NCBI GenBank assembly: GCA_964057225.1
Contig: OZ059897.1
Coordinates: 5,394,001-5,458,000 of the forward strand
Origin: Auanema rhodensis
Taxonomy: Eukaryota > Animalia > Nematoda
Length of the DNA stretch: 64,000 nt
Reading direction: 5' to 3'
Position 1 is the first letter of the stretch; every line of letters starts with the position of its first letter. Positions 55,901 to 64,000 of the stretch are shown here, piece by piece. The notes beneath the pieces are model-generated. The model was not told where the DNA came from. It did no database searches and saw only the letters and a list, made by a program, of their open reading frames with translations. Position numbers and translations under genes: made by a program.

Positions 55901-58762
55901 CAATCGGGGAACACTATATACTGAGTTTGTGATGAGTAAACGAAAGATGAGAGTAAGATGAAGAAATAAAACGAAAAACACATGTGCTTGTCTGAAACAC
56001 ATAAAACTCTAAAATTTTTAGCTGTATTGTGTAGTTTATGGGGAAAAGGAAAGCGAAAATTTCAAATATGTTTCATCGAGCCTTTTTTCCAACTTTTTGA
56101 CAAGCATAGGGTTTAGCCAGATGTTCAGTTTCCGAAATTTTCTTCAATAATCAATGAACTTCAAACATGATTTCTGTTCCCATTTTGATTATTATTACCT
56201 TTATGTGTATGTGCCAAAAACAAGTAAGAAGCGTAATAATTAAAGAAAAGGTTAGAAGACTTATTAGCTGTTTTTGAAGAAAACAAAGACAATTTGGACA
56301 AATGAATGGCTGTCTACCACTATTCATGGTGTTAGAATATATAAAGCTGGAAGTAGAACCTGATTCGTCTCATATCTCTGATTATTGTTAAAGAATTCTT
56401 CATTGACGCCGAGATTTGGGATTTAAAATCCATTTTTCGCAGCCTCTTCATCTCTTCCACTAACAGAATATAAGACACATCGAAGAGAGAGAGAGAGAGA
56501 AAGAGGGAGAGAGAAATAGAAAGAGAAATTTGAAAATGATGTTACAAGTTCGTAATAGTTTTCATTATACTTATGTCTATAAATCAGATTTCATAATTCA
56601 ATAGAGTAATTGTAATTGATAATATTTGAGATTTGATTGATACGTTCAGATACTGTATTCTAAATATATCAAATTTTACTCAAAACATTCTTTTTTTGGT
56701 TTTTTTTTTGGCCTATTTAATAATTAGAAAAACAGTTTTAAGCTGCAAAAAATAACTGCACATTAACTAATTATAATTTACTTTACTATCATTTTCTTAT
56801 TTATTGAAGAAAAATATTTTTTCATCTCAGATGAAGTAAGTAGCTTCTTCTCCTTATTAAAAAAAATATTTTTGGCAAATCTTCCTCGTTCTTTTCGTTT
56901 ACAATATTAAGTTTTTTCTTGATGTTTCTGAATATAGTTTTTTTTCAATTGGTTTCCCCAAATTAATTGAAAAAACAAATTCAAACTGAATAAAAAATAA
57001 TTTTTTTTCTCTTTGAAATGTTCATTTATTTCAATTTTTCCAGATAATGAACTGATACGAGAAAAAGGTAAGCTAATAATCTTCAAGTGAGAATGGGAAT
57101 GGATGTTGGCAAGCAAAATGAGAAAATTTTTTAAATATACATATTGTTAAATATAGTAAACAAATTGAATTTCAGAAGCTCGAGCACAATATGCTCAAGG
57201 CTTCTTTGGTAAGTAATGATTTTCCATATTTTGAAAATCTTTCTAGCAATTAAGAAAATATAAATATTTCATTTTCAGATGCTCTACGTGGCTTGCACAG
57301 TATAAATAACTTTGATTTCGATGTGAAGAATACACTAGCATCACCGTCTGAAAATATTTTTAAGGATATTCTCAGTCCAACTAACACACAACTAACACCA
57401 ACAACAACAGGGTAAGTTATTTCAGAAATTAACTTTCAAAATGTGTTCGAAAATATTTTTTGTGGCTCTTCTATGTGTCTCAGAAACTCTGTATCTTCAC
57501 GATTTATCACATGAAAAACGTGAATTTATTTTGTGTTTTATTAATTATGGATAGCAATTATCTATGATATTAATATGAATTCAATGAGGTTATGAACAAA
57601 TTAAAGCTGCAAATGCTGCAAATTAACGTTTTCGGGAACAGGTAGCACCTGGGCCCAGCTATCTCAATCCATCTCCACGGATGTATAGACCGTATCCGCT
57701 CTAGAATAGTCCAATACTGAAGTTAGCAAACTCTGAAACCTATTCTTTCCTGTATTTTGCAAAAAAAATTGTTTTTGTTTATTTTTTCATGACGTCAAGC
57801 CCGGCAGTGAAAAACAAAGTTTAGATCAAGTCTTTACAGTTCTTTAAAAGCTTCATTAGACAGAAACATTAAAAATGTTTAAAACTAGAAATTAAATTTC
57901 ATTTTTCTCAAAACTTTGTTGAATTAAGAGGTTGTTGGAACATTTTTGTGTAATTTTTCTAAATTATTATGTTTTTTTTTTGTTGAAAAAGCAAAATTGT
58001 ATGATACACCTATCATCCTTAACAAGTATTAAATTGCTAATTTACACAACTCAATGAATTAAATTTTCTAAATTTTAATTTTTGGTGAATGAATCATATG
58101 ATATTTTCTTAGTTGCATAAGTCAAAATTCATTATTTCAGGGATATACAAGCCATTCTAGCTGCCATAGTTAGTACTCCTCAATCTGCTCTGCCAGTCCC
58201 ATCTCCTTTTCCGGGGCCATTTAGTATTATATCTGGATCTTCAATGACTGAATTCAAAAGTGCATTTCCTACTTCAACAGATGTTTCATCTACAAGTACA
58301 GTTTCATCTCGTAATTGCACAACTGATAATTTACAAGCGAAATTTCTATCCAAATTAGATGATGAACGAAAAGAACCTGCTGTAAGTAAAATAAATTATT
58401 TCTAAAACAATTTATGAATTAAAAAATAAAAAATTCAGAAATTTGTATTGTAAATTAACAAAAGAAATCTCAAAATTATTGTATTTTCTACAAATTAATT
58501 TGTTGTCTCATGTTCAGCAACATATCAATACACATATACATGTGTATATGCACATTTACATACATTTATTTGAACTTTTTTTGATTTTATATTGATATAA
58601 CAGTAAAAATTCCATTTTAATTGTATTCAAATTATATAAAATGTATTTTAACTATTTTCAGATAGATTTGACGGGATATCACTCAGAAGATTCTGTGGAT
58701 AATATTTCGGAACGATCACGTTCATCTTCAGTAGCACTTTCACATGGCAAAGACATGAAAGA
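52909..58762 (+). CDS. jun-1: Jun bZIP transcription factor, 5' exons (bZIP exon beyond the window)
   Basis: Exons 52909-53011, 53159-53188, 57044-57067, 57176-57208, 57279-57411, 58141-58381 and 58662-58762 join in phase: MNRDTGEGAFNFRKQELSLDL (JNK-docking-like KxxLxLxL)..PPTASLFQFCAKYNELIREKEARAQYAQGFFDALRGLHSIN (cf. c-Jun TPTQFLCPK..EQEGFAEGFVRALAELHSQN)..RKEP. TTTCAG acceptor near 52805. Confidence 0.85.
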
Positions 58763-59462
58763 GTTAGTTTCACTTAGATTAATCTTATGATCTCAAACTT
58801 TTATTTTAATATTTGAAAAATCTGATATTTAACTCATGAAAATGATCTTAATGGACAGAACATATTGAAAGATGATATACAATTTTTGATATCAGTTTAT
58901 AACTAATATCAAAATTTTGAATTCCACCCTCATTAAGTTTATGAAACGAACTGAAAATGTTCTGAAGAAGTACAAAGATCTCATGTACTAACTAACTATT
59001 TTATATAGTTAACAAACGATATAATATTCAATGCATAAATGTGTATCCATATACGTATGTTGTACCTAGATTCAATTGTCTATCGGATTTCAGACGAGTA
59101 TAGACGTTTCTAATAATTTCGACAGATTAATATATACAATGCTATATAATAGTGCTTGTAGCACAAAGCTATTCCTTTTCACTTTTTCACTGATTGTATA
59201 GCCAATATTCTTCAGTTTTTTCTATGGTTTTAACGCATTTTCTAAGTTACAACTTTTCCAACATAAGCCAACTAAATATTTAAATCAGATGAATCATACA
59301 TTCAATTGAGAACGAGTTTGTTTTCAACTATGATAGTATATTAATATTAATGTGTTACTGATATTCAAAATTATTCTCTTTTACTGTTCTTAATTTAGAA
59401 TTTTTTTTTATAAAAAGCTTATAATACCTATGCTGGTTCTTTTCTATCCCGTCTTCTTAATA

Positions 59463-60720
59463 TTAGCTTGGTCGGAAAGTAATGTCGTTGATTTCGATTG
59501 TATTCGATCAAAAAAAATTATGAACTCATGAATCAGTATGTGAAGAAAAGAATAATGATCATAAGTATTATTATATGTTATTAATTCTTATTTATACTTT
59601 TCTGAACAGTAGATTTATTCTGAGTTTTTTATAGCTTTTTGAAATCATGCTGGAGAAGAGAGATTTAAGATCAATTTTTTTTGTACTAGTTCAAACTAGG
59701 ACGTAAAGCTGTTGAAACGGCTGAAAAAATCAACGTTGCTTTTGGCAAAAGGACTTGTTCTGCAGAGTTGGTTCAAGAATTTCAAAGAGGAAACCGAGAG
59801 CTTGGCAGATGATGATCGATCCGGACGATCTGCTGCCGTTGATGAACAAGTTCTGAAAAACTTGGTTGAAGCAGAGCCGTGTACTTCCACCAGAAGTTTT
59901 GCAGAAGATCTAGGAATATCTCACTCAACAGTGTTAGATCATTTGAGAAACATTGGAAAAGTGAATAAGCTTGACAAGTGGGTTCCACATGAATTGAATG
60001 ATGCTCAGAAAAATCGAAGAAGTGGCTTTCTCACTGGTTTCAAGATGTGATGCCGAATCTTTTTTGGACCGAATAGTAACCTGTGAAATAGATTATTTAC
60101 AACAGCAGAAGCAGACAGGCACAATGGCTTGATCGCACATAAGCTCCAAAACAGTTCGCAAAGCCGAGCCTTAGTCAGAAGAAGATCTTGATAACAATTT
60201 GGTAAACAAGCTCAGGTTTAATTAACTACAGATTTCTGAACTTGGGTAAAACAATCACTTCTGGAACCTACGTGGCTGAAATGGAAATAATGCATCAGAA
60301 TTTATTGGAGAAACAGCCAGGATTAGTCAATAGAAAAGGACCAATTCTACACCACGACAACGCGAGGCCACACATGGGAAGAAAGACAATAGAAAAACTA
60401 GGAGAATTGAACTATGAAACTCTACCTCATCCTCCATATTCACCAGACCTTTCTACCCATGATTATCATTTTTTTCAAACACTTAGATCACTTCTTGACT
60501 GGGAAACGATTTCGAACACGAGAAGATGCGATAACAGCGTTTGAAAAATTGGTCAACTCTCGCTCTCATGATTTTTAATTTAATGGTATATATAAGTTAT
60601 ATGATCGTTAGCAGAGTTATATTGTTTCTGCTGGTTCTTATTTTGAATAAAAAAATTGATTCTAGCAAAAGTTATAACCAACATAGTCTGAAAAACGACA
60701 TTACTTTCCGACCAACCTTA
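59463..60720 (+). mobile_element. Full-length, inactivated mariner (DD34D) element in a jun intron
   Basis: 27-bp TIRs TTAGCTTGGTCGGAAAGTAATGTCGTT (59463-89) and AACGACATTACTTTCCGACCAACCTTA (60694-720), 2 mismatches; TA on the left, CA on the right; about 1.26 kb. Transposase from ATG 59647 with WVPHEL, HDNARPH and YSPDL motifs, broken by stops and frameshifts. Confidence 0.95.
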
Positions 60721-62454
60721 CATTTGAGAAAAAGACCTTTAGCTATTTCTTGTTCAAGTTCCAATTCAAGTTCCGCTAAATTCATTATTTGACATGGGTA
60801 TTTCATGCTTTATCCTATGTGTTTATGTATTTTGAATATGATCTTAATCATCCCACTGATGGGTCATTGATGGCTATTTTTCAAAAGATGACAATGCTTT
60901 GTGACTAGACAAGCCCATTTGGTGAGTATGGGATCATGGATTGGCATCTCATATGCTTATAGCTATGATTAAGTCAAAATAGGATCTTTCGTCATCAAGA
61001 TTTATAGATCTTACTCATCATCAGCTTACTCATCTGGTTAGTGAATCATTGACAATTGGTCACATTCCCTCTCTCTTCTGTTTTCTCCTTCTCTCTATCT
61101 ACCATTCCCTCTACTAGTTTTGCCTACTTTCTTCTGTTTTTTAACTTTTATTTCTCGTCCATTTTCACTTCGGTATCGATATTCTTCTAATCCTGCCTTG
61201 CCATTACTCTGTATTCATGACCATCTCGATAACTGTCATCTTCTGTAGAATTGGTTTGAGATTGCCAGCAAGTGGTTGTACCGAATTTCTACTGTCTGAT
61301 ATCGTGTTCTAATTTCACTTATATTACATTTGTTTCTCACCTTAGTGTTCTTCCTTTTTGAATTACGAAGAGATGAAATTTATATTTTCATTCTGCTGGC
61401 TTCATTCTCTACTCTGCCCCTATCTTTTCCGTTTTTGTTTCTTCAATTCGTGCTAAGAAACATGATTGTTAGCTCAATTTCAAAACCCTTACAGATTTTC
61501 AACGATGACAATCCTTTACAAAAAATTGAAACGGTATGTTCAACAGTTATATATTCATTTGTGCAATGTGGACTGTAAAATAGTTGTCTATGCTTATCTT
61601 AAAAACCATAATAAGCATCGCTATATCCACGCATTTCCGTTTAATAGTATCATGAAAATATGTACAATAATATTTTTCAAAATTCGTCACCTTGGAAGTG
61701 TTCTTATCTAAGATAATGTTTGAAAAAATTCAAATGGATCTAACAATGGTAGAGTTTGGTTAAATGTCTGAGAGAGAGAGAGATTTTCGTTCCCTGAAAA
61801 GCTGAATCATCCTCCGTCTCTGTATGTCTGTCATTCATATAGTTCTCCCTGCCTGTCTAGCACTCTACATTTTCTCTTTTTTCATCTTCTTTTCCTTCTT
61901 TTTGGGCCTGTGCCTTGGCCAAGTACGGTCAAAATCATTTTGCTCTATTCCTACGAACTAAGCGATCAGTTTACCAGCATTTGAAGTTCACCTGAGTTTC
62001 ACAACATCCTCTTTTCTCAATCATGTCCTCATCGAAAATGTTTGATACCTGGTCTGCATCAACTAATTCCTATTCATGGTGGCCAGGTCAAATGCTGCCA
62101 TCATGTCATTATCAGTGAGTTATCTTATACCTTTTACTGCTAATCATTTTTTCAATATTTATCAACAAAATTTTAATTTTTCCTTATCCAAAGTACAATT
62201 AGTTGATATTAAACATGTTATGCAAAGCATAACAACAACCTATAAACGAACGATAAAATGCCTTGTATGCTTATCACTCAAAGATAACTATATAGTAGAT
62301 AATTATAATGACGTCATATTTTAAAATCCATAGATTAACAATTGGGTGCATACATATATAAATGTATAAAGATTACAGGAATATGTGTGATTCATGCATT
62401 TAATTGTCATCCTGATGATAATGAACTGATTATTATCATCTTATCTATAACAAC

Positions 62455-62503
<49 letters not shown>

Positions 62504-62710
62504 AATAATGGTTTCTAACTTTATGAGACTTCTATAATATATTTTATGAATATCGTATAGTTTTCCTTATTTCAATAAATCTTATGTTACGTGCCATAAA
62601 GGGAGAAGAGGGGCCTAACGGTACATGAGTCACTGCTTGATCTGTTCGTTGTCTTTTTTCTTTTCTCTTTTTTAGTTTACCATTATTATTCTTTTTTTCT
62701 CTCACCTCCA

Positions 62711-62714
<4 letters not shown>

Positions 62715-62789
<75 letters not shown>

Positions 62790-62834
62790 TTCTCTCTCTT
62801 TAGTCTCTAGATCTTGAGTCTCTAGATCTTGAGT
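62715..62834. repeat. (CT)n microsatellite followed by a 15-bp tandem duplication
   Basis: CT run, then GTCTCTAGATCTTGA twice. Confidence 0.85.
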
Positions 62835-64000
62835 ACTTTTTTCTCTTTTCTGCATTAGTTTTCTCCATCAAACTTTTCTTCTACATAATCTTTTCTTTGT
62901 TTGTATGTTTATATGCATTTTTATTTACTTGATGGATCATGCACATAACACCTCAAGAACCTAGAGATCTAAGTACGACTATAGCCAGATTAGCTTTGAT
63001 CTTCATGCGCCTTAGAAATCATTATACTTTTTATGTAGGCCGAACGATCATTCTTGATTACACGTGCTTTCTTTTTCTCTCGGTCTCCTGTTTTTCATAT
63101 GTTTCTACATTCATTTACCTGTCTATTTTCAAAGCGTTCTTGCTGCTTCAGAACTCAGTTTCGTCATTCCCTATCTCTACTTCTATTTTCTTTGCTCTCT
63201 CTCAAACATACAGTCTCAAACTGTTTTCCTATCTGTACAGTTTCTCTGCCCAGTAATCACATCTCTTACGTTCTCTAATCTTGTTCTTTTTCTTTTTCTC
63301 TCTCTTTCTCTCTCTCCCCATCCATCCTACGGGCAGCGATGAGTCATCAACAGCAAAACATTTCCCTCCCCTTTAACATCCTTCTTTTCAACTCCTTCTT
63401 CTCTTTTTCTCTGTTTCTATATCTATCTGGTATTCCACCATTTTCTGCTTCAGTGTCTTCCAATTTTTCATTCTTAGCGGCTTTACCTTCAAAATTATTA
63501 TTAGGCATTATTTCTGATTATTCTTCATAGGTTTCATAACCATCTACGGATTTAATTCTATTCTCGTCTTAACTTTCTTTCGTTGATTCGTCCATCATGT
63601 ATGACATACACCCTTACCCCAATGAATGGTAAGTTAAATTAAATGTTTACCTATAAGTTGTATCTGAGGTTTTCCTTCAACTTATCTACTAGTAAAAACA
63701 ACATTTATGCATTGAAAGCTTTATATTATAATCATATGAAATCAATTTTATAAAGACAAAGTTTCTATTTATCTTTTGGTAGTTTTGTTTTGTTTTTACA
63801 AAAATATTCAATTGAAACTATGACAAATACCATTATTCGTTAAAGAAAATTTTATATATTTCAAAAAAAATATAATATGTTTGAAATGAACAAATTTCGT
63901 AATTCCTTGTATCTTCTGTTAGCGAATAGACGACGATGACGTCATCTTTATGTACGACGATGTATTGTATGGTATCGAAAACGATGTCATGTGTTATAGC

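Noticed and set aside
57627-57704. Coding-looking stretch RFREQVAPGPSYLNPSPRMYRPYPL in a jun intron
   Set aside because: No suitable acceptor or start in frame; cannot be joined to the jun model.
60216-60232. GGTTTAATTA resembling the 5' end of SL1
   Set aside because: Only 10 nt match, lies within the mariner transposase, and no donor or Sm site follows.

Overview
AT-rich (roughly 30% GC) eukaryotic DNA with many ~40-55 nt introns and TTTCAG acceptors just upstream of several start codons. This points to a rhabditine-type nematode genome (inferred; the species cannot be assigned from this window). Spliced by eye, the genes in order are: a ZP-domain cuticlin, a 2xCTLD+CUB-like lectin, an astacin-EGF-CUB-TSP1 protease, a histidine acid phosphatase, a small 4-TM protein, a divergent SLC5 symporter, TMEM199/VMA12, PLC-gamma (plc-3), a secreted MAM-like protein, FBXW9/mec-15, a double-PHD MYST acetyltransferase, TMEM53, and the 5' part of jun-1 (bZIP exon outside the window). 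Signals not visible in the ORF track: (1) a box C/D snoRNA with a SNORD41/snR51-like guide plus a second 28S guide, downstream of a decayed tRNA-like A/B-box Pol III promoter; (2) seven perfect AP-1/CRE sites in the jun introns plus a phase-compatible internal first exon, suggesting an autoregulated short bZIP-only JUN isoform; (3) a piggyBac 5' end with a transposase relic; (4) a full-length dead mariner in a jun intron; (5) unusually relaxed splice signals (four GC-AG introns, many AAG acceptors, one GAG acceptor). All gene models are manual and unverified by database search or RNA data.
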